From the NCBI GenBank assembly GCA_040954595.2, contig CM082597.2:8142343-8206342 (forward strand): a DNA stretch of 64,000 bases, given 5' to 3'. The notes under the pieces are model-generated. The model ran no database searches and was not told where the DNA came from. It saw only the letters and a program-made list of their open reading frames with translations. A program made the position numbers and the translations under genes. Below are positions 26,401 through 41,400 of this stretch, in pieces (within the stretch, counting starts at the first letter, position 1; every line of letters starts with the position of its first letter). The DNA is from Balanoglossus misakiensis. Its lineage: Eukaryota > Animalia > Hemichordata.

Positions 26401-29400
26401 GTGGAATTCCGAAATTAGTTCGGAATGCGCTGGCGTATTTTTCTTCACCTCCAAAGCTCCATGACTTGTACACTTCTGCTGAATTTCAGCCAAATAGTGT
26501 GCATTTGGACAGTTGCTGGCAATTGCAAACAATGTACAGGACGTTTTTTCATAATGTCTGAAAGGTCCATATTTGTATCTTTTAGCTATTTTTATTCTGA
26601 GTGGCAACCAATAGCTGCCCAAGACAAGTTTACATGCGTAGTCTTTATACGTAGTATAATTACCTGTTGTTACATCATGAGAAGGTGTCACTGGTTTTGT
26701 TGTTGATATTTTAGTTGAAAGTGGTTCCAAAGATTTCGATTGAAATTCAGTGCATTCGGTGGTCAGTTCTTGGACACTAGTTGTAGGCAGGGATGTACTT
26801 GTATCTACATCTGTTACTATTCTTGTTTTGGATTCTGTTGACCTGATTTCATATTCTGTTGTCAAAGACTTTTGTGTGACTGGCTCAGCTGTTGTTGGGT
26901 TAGGCTTGATATCAGTAGTTGCTCTTTGAGCACTTGTTACATCTGTTGCAGTTGGGCCTATATCAGTTCTTGTTGCTGTTTCTGTGGTGTCTTCTTCTTT
27001 CATCGTTGAAAGTATTGTAGGATTGACGCTTGTTGTTAACAGAGTTGCAGTTGTGAAAGTCTCGGATATTGCTGAGCTGACTTCATCCTGATCTGTGACT
27101 ATAACATGGGTGGTCGAGTGGAGACCAGTTGTGACCTCTTCAGATGAAACTGTTGTACCACTTGTCACTTCAGTTCTTGTAGACCGACTGGTGAAGGAAT
27201 CAGTCTCAGGCCCCCGTGCTGTAATGTACACAGGCAATGTTGTTGGACCCTCCTGAGTAGATTGCATCTCATCTGTTTTGGCAGAAAGGAAACATGAAGA
27301 ATAAGGGCTTCTGATTTCTGACATAAATGTTCACTACTTGTATATAACATACATACATACATACATACATACATACATACATACATACATACATACATAC
27401 ATACATACATACATACATACATACATACTGTAAAACGGGTTACATTCGCGAGCGATACATTTTTTGCGAAATATGCGATAGCCAAAATACATGAAAATAA
27501 AAAGTCACGTAAATGATTTTTCGGAGAGAGCTATCCAGTAAAAATAAGAGAACGCGGAAATTAATCCTTGCATAATAACAGTTGCCTCCTTTGATATCGC
27601 GAAAAATTTCTCGTCACCAAAATAACCCATTTTACAGTACATACAGACAGACAGACAGACTAAACTGATCCCATAAGGTTCAATGGTATAACATATACTG
27701 GTATATACCAAATGGGAGCTAAACTATGACGCTGAAACACAATCTTACCTTCAAGCGTACTCTCAATTGTTGTAACTATGTCTGGAAGTGAAGTAACTTC
27801 AAGCTCCTCATCCTCACAATGTTGAAATTGCTTGGAGGTGTCATTAATCGCACCAAAATCAAACTCTATAACCCTGTAGTTAATTTTACCAGACACCGAA
27901 TAGACCTTGACATTGAGAGGGGCTTGTATATCACCAGAACCAATGGGTGGTTCAAATAAGTTATCACTCAGTCTGTCTAGAGTAATCCAGGGACCAGTTG
28001 TGTGGACTTCCACAGTGGTGACAGGGTAACGATGATCCAATATTAATAAGCTGAATGATGCAGAAATGCTGTGTGCAAACTAAATAAAAAAAATCCGTCA
28101 ATCAATATGTGGTTCATGTACATTCAAAAAATGAATGACACAGTCCGTGGTCGGTTAGAATATTTTGAAATTAGAGCAAGACTTTTTTGCAACAAATCAT
28201 TGTCAGTGACATAGTCCCCACTGGATCTTCCCTTGTCCAAATCAGATGAGACTGGTTTGATTTCCGGGGGATCGAAACTTCCAAAACATCAATCTTACAA
28301 ATACTGTTAAAAACATGGCTAGTGAGGTTTCAAATATTTTTGCCGTGATGTCACAATTAAAGGGAATGTTTACTTTTAAGTAGCAATTAAAGAAAAGGGT
28401 ATCTAAACTAGTTAATAATTGTGTTGTTTCACAAACCTTGAACTTGATAGAGACATCATAAGGACAGGCAACAACTGAGTAGGATACAAGAATAGATGAA
28501 GGACTTTCACCATCTGACAAGATGTTGTAAGCATCTTCACTTAGAACCAGACCATCTTCATCAATCATGCAGTACGGGTACATGCACATGTCTGTTACCC
28601 GGACAACTACAGATACATCATTTGAACCAATCACATTCAGGCATTGCCCGCAAACCTGCAATCACACAATCATGTAGCTGTCAAAATGCATAATTATATT
28701 TCAACAAACCAACTAACTCCTTCTTTAGACAACACTGCAGGTTTTGGTTTAAGTGCTTAAGCAAATTAAGCTGAGGAAATTTGAAAGAAAAACCGTGCAA
28801 CACACAAACTTAGACAAACACGATGAAATAAAATTATTCATAACAAAAGTTGTTACAAATCACAATGACTCGAAATGAGAGAATACCTGGTCAGTATTGA
28901 CATCACAGCCAATCATGTACAAGGACTTTCAGAACTAACATTATCTATACTTACATGTGAATCTTGAAAATTGGCCATACCAGCAACCATACTTGCATAG
29001 AATGTTCCAAATGAACAGGTACCATCAGTTGGTGTCTCACTGTACTTCTCACAAGTTGCGTTTACAAAAGTCTCAAAGGTTCCACAATCTCTACTGACTG
29101 CAAAAACAACAACACAAGCAAGATATTCTTTGCTGCAAGAAGAGTTAATTAACATCCTAAAATGGGTTTGTGTTGTACATTTTCTAATCTGGTGAAATGT
29201 GTTTGTGTGTAAGCTTTTATCATTTATTTACATATATGGGACCTTGTACAGTGGTGATATCATCTACAATTGATCAATTGATGATGTACAGCAGAGAAAT
29301 TTCCTGATTTGCGCTACTTTCTGATAAGGAAACACATATTTACTGGCCATGTTCGGATAACAGCATATGTTTGTGTGCCCTCAGGACTGCAAATTACCCC

Positions 29401-32400
29401 CAAAACAATCTGTTTCCATCGGCCTTCAGCCTCTAGAAACAGACTGTTCTGGGTTGACTCACAGTCCATATTGCCACTGTAAAAATTACATATGCCGGTA
29501 TACGGTATTGAGTATTTGCCATTTCTCTGCCACAAAATATATTCCTTTCTTAAATTTTGGCAATAAAAGGACAAATACTGATATGAATATGAATTATACG
29601 AGTACACAGTATAATTAAGCAATAATTAAGCAATAACCCCCGCCGCGAGATTTGGGTACAATTCGAGACATATAGCACGAGCCGTTAGGCGAGTGCTGTA
29701 TGGAGCGAATTGTACCCAAATCGAGTGTATACCCGACTGAGGCGGGGGTTATTGCTATTATATTATATATCAACAATTGATTTTGAGGCCTATCAGTGGC
29801 ATTTTCTTAACGAAACGGCGTCAGAAAGAGAAATAACGATCGTGAACCAATATGGCGAGGATGAATGTAAACACGAGCGGCCGGGATCGAGCATTAAACA
29901 TGAAGCAGACGACAAAAAATGACCAGACGGGCGTCGCGCATGGCAAAGTGACAAATATTCCTACACAGCAATTTCAAAATAAAACGTCCGTAAATTCAAC
30001 AGTGTTTTCATTTTTTTTATTTGGTTGAAATACACACGACTGTGGTTCAACCGCACGTTTTCACTACCGCATGCTAGTTCAGGGGCCCGTTTTAGCACTG
30101 CCAGCAGTGCTATATGACTATTTAAGCATCGCTGGATTGAGCTCTCGTCCAATCAGAATGGCGGAGGGTAGCATGATATAATATAATTACCTGTTGATAC
30201 ATCATGAGAAGGTGTCACTGGTTTTGTTGTTGATATTTTAGTTGAAAGTGGTGCACTAGTAGTTTCAGATGTTGTAAATTGTTCATCTGAATCTGTCGTT
30301 GTTTTTCTTTCAGTCACAGTGACTGCCTGCGTTGATGACGCCTCATAACCTGCATATGGAAATCAAGTCATTTTGCATTAAAGGGACAAAGTCTCTCTCT
30401 CTCACTGCCCTTTTTTCCATTAATTATGTTTGATGCAAGACACCGTTTATGTTATTCTACATGAGGATATATAGTGAATCAATGTTCGACCACACACAAC
30501 TTTCATCCCGTTTGTAGGATATAAGTCTAGAGTAAAAATCTCGCCCAAATGAATAAATGGTAAACACCGATTATTCATTTTGGCGAGTTTTTCACTCTCG
30601 TGTCTACAAGCAGGATGGAAGTTGTGTGTGGTTGAAGGTTAATTCACTATATATCCACATGTTGAATAATATAAACAGTGTCTTGTATCAAATATTATTA
30701 ATGGAAAAGGGCAGCGAGAGAGAGAGACTTTGTCCCTTTAAAATATGTGAGATTCCAAAGATCTCACTAATGATTATTTAATATAACTATACGGTAAATA
30801 ACTTGAATGGAATTTGGATGTTATTGCTACATTTTGCTACACAACCTGTACACACAGAACGTAAACTTGGAAACTGTGCAAATTTGTGCACATTTGTCTC
30901 TTCGCATAGAATTAGATTGATATAAACTCACTACTATTGTCATTTTCATGACAATTTAGCTCAGTTAAATGAAAATAAATTCATTGGTCAAATAAAATTG
31001 TATAGTCACCATATATCGTTAAATGTTTAAGAATGGTGAAGAAATGCTGACTCAGCTGGGTTTTTTTTTCAAGTATACAGTAGACTTAATTCATAGCCTT
31101 GTAAATAAAACAAGCATTTGTGACCCCTGTATTATACATATTTTCATTATGCTAACAAAGGAGAAACCAAAAATCCACAATTAAAAGAAATGAGATACTT
31201 TCACTTCCCCTGAGAGGACATCTGTAAGTAAACTTGTCATATTGTTTTCAGATATTCAGTGGATGTTTGTATTTGACGTACCTGTTGTATCTCTGGTTTG
31301 AGCATCAGTGTGTACTCTTGCTGTCGTGGTTACCAGATCATCTGTGTGTACTTTTGTCGCCGTGGTTGCCACATCATCTGTGTGTACTTCTATCGTCGTG
31401 GTTACCATGCCATCTGTCTGTGCTCTCTTGGTGGTTCTCATGACATCTGTGTCTGCAGCTGCTGTGGAGATTTTCATCCGCAATGTGGTCACTTCTTCCT
31501 CTTCTGTTGCAGCTCTATCAGTTCCATCCATTTCTGTCGTCCAAAGCTCTGCAGTTGACATGTCTGTGACCATTTCCGTTTCTATGACAATGGAGGCAAT
31601 AGAGGTTATGCTGATTGAATTCTGTTTGTCAAGTTTCACTTCAACATTCAAATAGCTTTTAAAGCCTCTCTGTTGTTTTGGAAGCGGGCATTCTGAACCA
31701 TTTCTCCATATATCACACTACATGAACATAGAAGTTATCACGGTACTGTTTCAGCACACCACGATGTTTATAACAACAGTATATACACACCAGTAGTTGT
31801 AGTAGAAGGTGTTGTTGGCAACACAGTCACAACATCTCCTTCACACATCAAAGTGTTTGGATGGTTTTGTGTGAATCCATAGTCACAACTGAATGACACT
31901 ATAGAACCAATGTCGAAATCATTGCCATGTCTCTGACCATTGACTGGTGTACCAGGATCTTGACATTCTCCCGAGGTCAAGAAGCAAAGTATCTTATCAA
32001 TATTAAATCATCAACTCAGACAGAAGTCATTCCTTTCAAAAACATTCCATATACATCATTCTACAGAATTCATTAGCCTTTTGAATTTCTATATAAGTTT
32101 AAATAATTTCTATGGACATCTATATATTTGTATGTAGTTTTCGAAGTTGCTTAAAAGGTTTTTCGGAAATAATGATGCAGTGAAATAGAAGAAAGTGAAA
32201 AAGTAGTAGTCGCAGTGTAACAGTCGCCTTTTTTGATATTGCGAAAATTTCTGGCACAAAAATTCCCCATTTTACAGTATTCAAACAACACATAGTGTGT
32301 GAATGTCATGAATTTCATCAGAGTATCACTATTTTCAAACAGAAGTGATTGCTTCTCTGAAAGTATTAAATATTCTTTTCTACGTTACCCTGGGCAACAC

Positions 32401-35400
32401 ATCTTGGTCTGGTGCCATTCCATGTTCCATCTTCAGTGCAATATCTCCTGGTGTTACCAAGTGCTTCATATGCCATGTTACACTGGAGTGTAGCAACACT
32501 ATCATACCAAGTGCCATCGCTATATTCCCATGAGCCATCTTCAATCACAGTCAACAAACCACAGTCAACACCTAGAAATAAGTAATTTGAACTTTTGGTA
32601 ACTCTTTCCTCTATATTGTAATCTTATTTTCTTTTGTCTGAGACACCCCATTTTTAAGGTGTTCATATTTCTCACACTTGTCAGGGATATTTTGACTCAC
32701 ACTCGCCTGCGACTCGTGTGGGACAGAAAATCTCCAACTCGTGTGAGAAATACAATCCCAGGTCCTTGGCAGTGAGATTCTATTATTACTGTTACTTACG
32801 TTGACAGACAGGAGGAGAGGAATTCCATCGGTAATCACCATCTTGACTGCTGTAGGTACACACTCTGACATGGCTACCATATAAGTTGTATCCAATGTCA
32901 CAACTGTAGGTCACTTCACTCTGATAGTTATAGTTGGGGTCATTGACCTCGTAGCTGCCATGATCAATACTCTCTGGTTCACTGCAGACAGCAGCTGTAG
33001 AAAATACACGTAGAGTTGAGTTGAAGAAAGAGCCTGGGATAAATCTGTAATCACTTTAAAGGGATAAAGTCTCTCTCTCGCTGCCCTTTTTCCATTAATT
33101 ATGTTTGATACAAGACAGCGTTTATGTTAATCTACATGTGGATATATAGTGATTCAACGTTCGACAACACACAACTTCCATCCCACTTGTAGACACAAGA
33201 GTGAAAATATCGCCAAAATGAATAATCGGTCTTACCATTTATTCAATTTGGGCGAGTTTTTACTCTCATATCCTACAAACGGGATGAAAGTTGTGTGAAT
33301 ATAGTTGAATGTTGATTCACAGTATATTCACATGTAGAATAACATAAACGCTGTCTTGTATCAAACATAATTAATGGAAAAAGGGCAGCGAGAGAGAGAC
33401 TTTGCCCCGTTAAAGGCTATGAAAAAGAAAAACCCCTCTCTTCTCACATTGAAAAGGTTACAGCAGACTGTAGAAACTGTATTTAGGCTGCATTCACAAA
33501 CACCTCTGGAGGGGGGGGGGGCGGGAGAATTCAATTTTTTTTACCGCTAATTTTCACATGCCCCCTGTACACAACCCGAAAAATTTCAAATCCCCCCCTT
33601 CCGAACTGCCAAAATTTTGAAATCCCCCCCCCCATTTTCTTTCACAGAGCAAAACACATCACCTAGTATCTATCTTGTAAAAAAAGATAAACAGCGCTCC
33701 CATGAAAAGAATTTGAAACTGATGTACCCCTTCACTGAACATTGTTTTTATTTTTGAAGTATTTGTATTCTGTGCTGGAAGACATTGTAAACCGAGAATT
33801 GAAGGGGGTGGGTTTGGGAGGGGGTGTCCCCCTCCCACGTAAGAGAATTTTATAAAATACAGAGCTCAAAGCTGCATTTTAATGAACCCGGCAAAAGCAA
33901 ATTAACTCAACTACCGGTATGTTGGGGAGGACAAATTTAACCGTCGCCGCTCAAAGTTATTATGGGGTTGGGGCAAGTCCCCTGACCTGGGACACTAGAT
34001 AAACCAATCAATGATTGAAAGGTGTTGATGAATGGAGGGGGTGGGTGTGGGAGGGGGTGTCCCCTCCCCCATTAGAAAATTTTGTAAAATAAAGGGCGCG
34101 AAATTGCATTTTTGTGGACTCAAAATAAATATTTAGTCGTCAAAGTTTTCAAGTCCCCCCCTTTCAGTCCCTAAATTATTTCAAATCCCCCCCCCTTACA
34201 TACCCTCAATTTTTTCAAATCCCCCCCCCCCTCAATTCTCCTGCCCCCCCCCTCCAGAGGTGTTTGTGAATGCAGCCTTAACACGCTTTAAATAAGCCAG
34301 TTCCATGCGGCTTTTTTAGTGCACGCCAAATTCTATTGTTCTCGGTACCAGATGTATAATATCAAGGTTTTCTGTTTTAAAAAAAAATATTGACTTACAT
34401 GTGCAAGTTGGGAAGTCAGCATCATACTGGCCTTCCACTGTACACAACAGAGTGGACTGTCCATTCAGTTGAAAACCCTCCAAACAATAGAATGTAATGG
34501 TGCTATTGAACTCCACCAGAATATCACCAGTTTCCTCTATGTTCCAGACTAGGGATCCTTCATGTGGATTTGGAATTGGGATTGGGTTGGAAATGTTGGG
34601 CACAATACACATCACGGCTGTACAAGATAAAAAGACAATATTGGTGAAGTACACACGAATTAATATTTGTTTTTATGGAATGACAAACTATAGCCATTAC
34701 ATAGGACACTAAATGTCAATCTTTGTACTATTCGTACATGAAACTTTTCTTTCAAATACAACTTAGAGACCAACATAGACAGTCATGCTTATATAAGTAT
34801 GACTATCTATTAAAGTAACTTTCATATCATGATTGTTGTTTTACACTGTGTTTTCAAAGTAATTGTTGCAGTAAACCAATTGCCTTGCTTGGAAATATTA
34901 AAAGGGAAGTCCTGTCCAGCTGATTTATGCATAATTTCTACACAATGTTTTTTTCTGAAAGAATGACCTCAAAGCTACCCAATTATGTAGCTGAACCGGA
35001 CTTCCCCTTTAAATGCTACCAGTGAGCTTGTTTGTCTTTGTAAATACACTCAAGTATTAATCCCCTTTTCCTCAGAATTCAATGCATCTTCATGCCATGA
35101 GGTGAGAGGACACTTTTGTTAGCAGGAGGGAAACAAATCCAAAATAAATAATAACAGTGCAAAGTTGGTCTGCTGACTTTCTCCACATTTCATTATTGAA
35201 TTACGGCAAAATTATGAAATCCAATTATGAAATTTAGCTTTTTGTCCATTTTTTTTGCTGCAAATTCATTGCATATAAAGGTCAATAATATGACAAATCT
35301 TGGTTAAAAGTATACAGTCACCTTCAATTTACACATTCCCATATATGGCTGAATGGCGTATTTGAGCATTCTAAAGAACATATGGTGGCGCCTTTTTTCC

Positions 35401-38400
35401 ACGTGTGCCACCAAATGAAAATCTGTGATTGGCTAGATTTCAATTTTCCATGGTAACTATATATAGCTAATTTTCCATGGGTGATCATATACCTTTAACT
35501 CTATAGTTTAACATGATACTTACGAACACATGATTGGTTAAAAGTGTAGACATCATACATTGAGAGACCAGTTTCTCCAGGTGGCAGATAGAATCCACCT
35601 GTGCCGTTATTTGCATATAAGAGATAGCCTTCTTCACAGGAACATTGAAAACCACCTGCAGTGTTTTCACAAAGTTGATCACAAGAATGTGAAGCACATT
35701 CATTTATATCTACAAAGAAGGAAAATGGATTGGATTAAAACAATGTACGTTCAGTAAAATTGAAAGTATTGTCATTTCTTTTAATCGTGAATTTTAGGAT
35801 TATCTTGTGTACGTACAAGATGAATCTGTGATAAAATAAAGGCGTCACCTTGCTTGCTTTTGAAATACAAGGCCATGAATTTAGTTGATAATAGAAGAAA
35901 CCTGCTGACTCAGCATGGTTCACCAATGGTTTGTCTATGGACAAAAACCTTAAAGAAATTTATCTCAAAATAGAGCATTGTAACCACACAATTTTATTTG
36001 ACCAATGAATTTATATTTACTAGACTGAGCTATGTGTAAAATTTCGTGAAAATGACAATAGTAGAAGTTTGTTTTCTAGCAATTATCAATGTAATCCTAT
36101 GAGAAAAAGACACCTGAGATTAAAAGGTCATTCCAAAAATTTATATTTATATTTATATTTACTAGACTGAGCTATGTGTAAAATTTCGTGAAAATGACAA
36201 TAGTAGAAGTTTGTTTTCTAGCAATTATCAATGTAATCCTATGAGAAAAAGACACCTGAGATTAAAAGGTCATTCCAAAAATGTATATTTATATTTATAT
36301 TTACTAGACTGAGCTATGTGTAAAATTTCGTGAAAATGACAATAGTAGAAGTTTGTTTTCTAGCAATTATCAATGTAATCCTATGAGAAAAAGACACCTG
36401 AGATTAAAAGGTCATTCCAAAAATTTATCCGGAATTCTGAAATAAGTTCAGAATGTGTTAAATGTGAAAATAGTGACTTGAAGTTATGTTGCAAGTGACT
36501 TGTTTATGTCTCACCTTTGCATGCTGTTCCATTCACATCTGGTTCAAATCCCACCAAACATGCACACTGATAGTCACCATCTCTATTTTCACAGACTTGA
36601 TTGATTCCACACAGTGCCACCAATGTACTACATTCATTGATATCTGAAATGTTATTCATCAAGATATGATCAAAATCCCACAGGTCCACTGGTAAATTCA
36701 GACCAACAAGTTTAGCTGGGAAGCACCAGACCAACAGGAAATGTTCACAAACAAATTTTCGCGAACTATGCAAGAGCCAAAACAAAAGACGTTTTTGCGT
36801 AAAAAACAATTTTCAGTGATAACAATGCAGTGAAATACGAGAACATGAAAATTAGTCGTCTCATAACAGTTTCTGCTTTTGATATCGCAAAAAATTTCTT
36901 TGTCGCGAAAATTTCCCGTTTTACAGTAATCAATGAAAAATAAAATTACAAAAATAATGAAATTTCTGACAGCCATAGATTTGCATGGCATGAACTGTAT
37001 GTCCTATCAGCATGTAGTTTAGGTGACATTTATGATAAATAGTCAAATTACTGGAGTGATCGATTACGGTACCTCATAAGCAGACAACCACATGAAGACC
37101 AATCTTGATGTGAACTTACCAATGCATGATGGTATTGCACTATTCCACTGTAAATCGGATTGACAAGTCAGGTAATCAGCACCATTTAATTCATAGCCAG
37201 CATTACAATAGAATGTGATGTTACTGCCCATATAATATGGTCCACTATCAGGGACAGCTTGTAGATGTGGGTCTGTTATGAGTATATCACTGCAGTTCAA
37301 TCCTGCAAGTAAAAAAAAATAAAACACTATGTGGATGCAGACTTGATTGTGGTATATATATTGGGTATCTGTATTCTGTCACAACTTTAACATTTTCACC
37401 CCAAGTTCCCACTATAAAAGTCCAGATACCATTGACTCCTTTTTTCTATTATCGACTAAATTCATGACTCTGTATTTCAAAAACAAGCGTGGTGACCCCT
37501 ATATTTTATCACAAATTTTCATTATACATACATAGGATAATCCAAAAATTAACAATTAAAAGAAATGACCATATTTTCAATTTTACTGAATGTACATCCT
37601 TAAATGACTTACGTTGACAGTATCCTGGATCTCCAATCCAAGATCCATCTTCACCACATGTAGAGACAGTGTAGCCAGTCAGACTGTAGCCAGATGGACA
37701 TGAGTAGGCAACGGTTGTTCCAAAAATCAATGAATCACCATTAACAATTTCATATGATAAGTAGTTGTCTACATTCGGTGGTGGACACTCACGAGCTGTT
37801 TGGATAAGATGAACAGATAACATTACAAGTGTGTTAATACTAGGAAAATGGTTTAAAGGGACATAACATGTAGCAGTAACTCTCACAATCCTGCATATTT
37901 TCAAGTTACCAGTGTCTGGTTTAACATTCAGAGTGTAATGTCCCAATTAGACACCCATGTGGAATGTAGCAACCAGCACAAAGTGCCCCATCATAACGCT
38001 ATGGAGAGAATTTCAACTTGAGTCAGTGATTTTTATGAAAACATGACAGTGAACACCCTGTGTTATACTTTGTTTTCAAAACGACTCATCACACACTTTA
38101 AAGCCTCTAGAGCTGCCAAATTTCACAATTTTTTTTCTTTTCCACAGTAAAACCTTTCAAATCTATGGTGATGCATACCACGATAGCTAGCTGCATACTG
38201 TTTGTATGGAGGCTGATTTTAATAAAATGGGTACGGCACCTGTTTAATACATTGCATGTTTAAATTGCAACACACAGCCACAATCAGGCATTGATGACAT
38301 GTTCCTGTATCCCTATCAGTAAGCTTAATTATTTCAATGTACCAATCTACGTCGGAAAATAAAATCTGAAAATAAATGCAAAAAGTGGCAGCTCTAGAGG

Positions 38401-41400
38401 CTTTAAAGCATTGAAAGGTTCAGAGGACTAACATTTTTCTTAAAATCCGTCTCCTAAGTGTGCACTACAATGGCAGTTTAATTGTTTTCAAAAATATCAA
38501 CTTACGCTCGCATTGGGGCACAAGTGGACCCCAGACACCATCTGCTTGGCATTCCAATGAAGTCACATTATTTATAAACTGATAGCCCTCAATGCATTGA
38601 TAATAAGCAATGCCACCATACACTGTACTGGTAACATTGGTAAGAATTCCATTGCTGCACTCAGGGGGTCCACCACATGTTATTCCTAAAAAATAAACAA
38701 CAAATTCAAGAGATTCAAGAGACAAATTAAGTCTCTCTCATCACTGCACTTTTTTCATTAATTATCTTGGATACAAGACACCAGGCTAGGCATATTGGCA
38801 TAGCTGGTACGACTTATACACGGCGAAAATAATTTTTTTTCCTGAAAGAGTGACCTCAAAGCTACAAAATTATGTAGATATCAGCTAGACCGGACATCCC
38901 CTTTAACTACTGGATAACCGTCCGAGCATTGGAATGAGACAGAGACATCATACCTTCTATCATCTGTACTGGTCACCACGCCCTCACCAATCACAATTTT
39001 GGGACAGTCTGTCAGAACAAGGATCACAATGATAAGAATGCATGCAGACAAATACTTAAACTCATAAATGTCAGTTGTTTTAAAGTGAAGGGGTCGTCGC
39101 AACGCGTTTGTTTATAAACATTACAATTCATCCACAAATCCCTCAAATAAAATAATTCTTAGAATGAACGAAGCAGCTGACAGTATCCTAGACTGGCCAT
39201 GACAGCAACTGAAGATCCTAGTAAGTCGTGGCTGTCTAATTTCAGGGATTTGTGGATGAATTGCAATGTTTATAAACAAACAAACGCAGTGCGACGACCC
39301 CATCACTTTATTGAGTGTGATTCAAGAGTGTTGCCATTCCTGTCAATGGTCCAAAAATGCATTGCAATTGTAAAAAATTACTGTCTCTGTTTTTCCAGCT
39401 CATTGAAGTTTCGTAAAAATTCAAAAACCTTTGCACCTTTCACTTAATGACTCTAAATCACAAGGAATAAAGGGAGAGTGTGTTTCTAAGAATTCTGTAA
39501 CAACTTTTTCTGTAATGTTAGTTAGTTACTGTAAAACACTTTATTTTTGCGAGCAAAAGATTTTCGCGAAATACGCGAGAGCCAAAATAGCGTGAAAATA
39601 AAAAGTCGCGTAATTTTTTTGAAGATAAAGATGCAATGAATGAAATAAGAGAACGCGAAAATTAATACTGGCGAAACAGTGGCCTCTCTCTATGTCGCGA
39701 AAATTTCAACTCTTGAAAATAAAGTGTTTTACAGTATGTGTACCTGGTGAAAATGAAGCCCTGAATCCTTTTAGCTGGTCGTGTTCTACTACTCCTGAAC
39801 ACAACCGAAAAGTGTCCAATGTCTGTACGGCAATCGGGTGGTGGCACTGTGCCATCAATGACTCCATCAGAATTGCCACTCCATGGTCCAATAATGACAT
39901 CATCATCACTCTCAGTACCATTGTATACCTTCAGAAACAAAGACAAATTAAGCATGCATTGTAAATACCGTAAAACGGGAAATCTTCACAACAGGAAATT
40001 TTCGCGATATCAAAGGTGGCTACTGTTACGCGACAATTAATTTTCACATTGCCATATTTTACTGCATTGTTATCTCTGAAGCATTTTAAGCGACTTTCTT
40101 TTAAATATTTTTTGGCTCTCACGCAGTTTACGAAAATTTATCGTTCACGAAAATTTTATAGTATTCAATCCTTGTTGCATTTCCTGCTGTAACAGCTACT
40201 CAACATACTGTAAAATGGGAAATGTTCGCAAACAATAAATTTTCGCGATCTACGTGAGAGCCATCAAAACATGAAAATAAAAAGTTGCGTAAAAATGTTT
40301 TTCGGGGATAATGATGCAGTGAAATACAAGAAAGTGAAAATTTATTGTTGCATAACACTTGCCTCTTTTGATATCGCGAAAATTTCATGTTACAAAAGTA
40401 TCCCGTTTTACAGTATATATGTGATTAATTAAATTTCCAAATTGTGTTCCAAAGTTGTATAGTTTGAAGTAATGTCTGCCAAAATTGTCAAACTAAAATC
40501 ACTGCAAAATAATATGACAATTTTTTTAATATGACAAATATTTTTAACATGGCTGACTCATGATCATATCTGATACTCACAATGATGTAATCAACATCTG
40601 TGTTCCTCTCTAATCCAAAGTTCTCATCAAAGATAAGAGTTAATGGTCTTCCAGTTGGTTCCTTGATTAACCAGCTACACATAACATCATCAGGGTAAGT
40701 GCTAACATCATACCCTGGTGACTGAATCGTGCCAAAACTACGCAGAATTTCAATTCCCTGGCAACCTTTAAAGAAACAAGTGACCTATCGGTCAAAAGAG
40801 CTCTGCTGACTTTAACAGTGAAACCTATAGCTGGGCAATGATATGAATACCCTAGGTTTTAATCATAACAATTGTATTCTATTAAACAAAACCAAACATA
40901 GACATCACAAGTATTTAATATCCACATTCAGCTTGATTCATTGTGCTAAAGAAAGAAAGAATTTATTCCTAAAGAACAACATCAAAAGGAAGTACCAAGG
41001 TTCGAATTTGCATATTCATGACCCGATCAAAAGTCCAGGTAGGGGCACCATAACACACATTCTACCAAATTTCAGCTCCATCGTACATGTATTTAGGGAG
41101 AAGATTTTTTTACCAAAAATTCTATTTTTAGATCTAATTTGCATATTTATGACCCCATCATATCCAAATTAACAAAATCAGTCATGTTACAGCTCTGTTC
41201 TAGCAGCGCTGTAACAGTACTGCCAGGCCAGTCCTGTTACAGCACTGTTCTAGCAGCGCTGTAACATGACTGTCAAGGCATACATGGAGCATTCCTGATA
41301 CAGCAGTGTTCCTAGCGTGGTACATTGCAATAACAGAGTTGCAACATAAGTGAAACACCCATGTCATAACAGACATGAAACATTGATGTGGCATGACTGT

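Noticed and set aside
27165-27485. ORF with CMYV repeats
   Set aside because: Translation of the (CATA)n microsatellite.
23107-29097. Bacterial or fungal contamination as the source of the expansin
   Set aside because: Exons are separated by GT-AG introns containing the same MITE families as the rest of the window and are interleaved in phase with animal-type exons.
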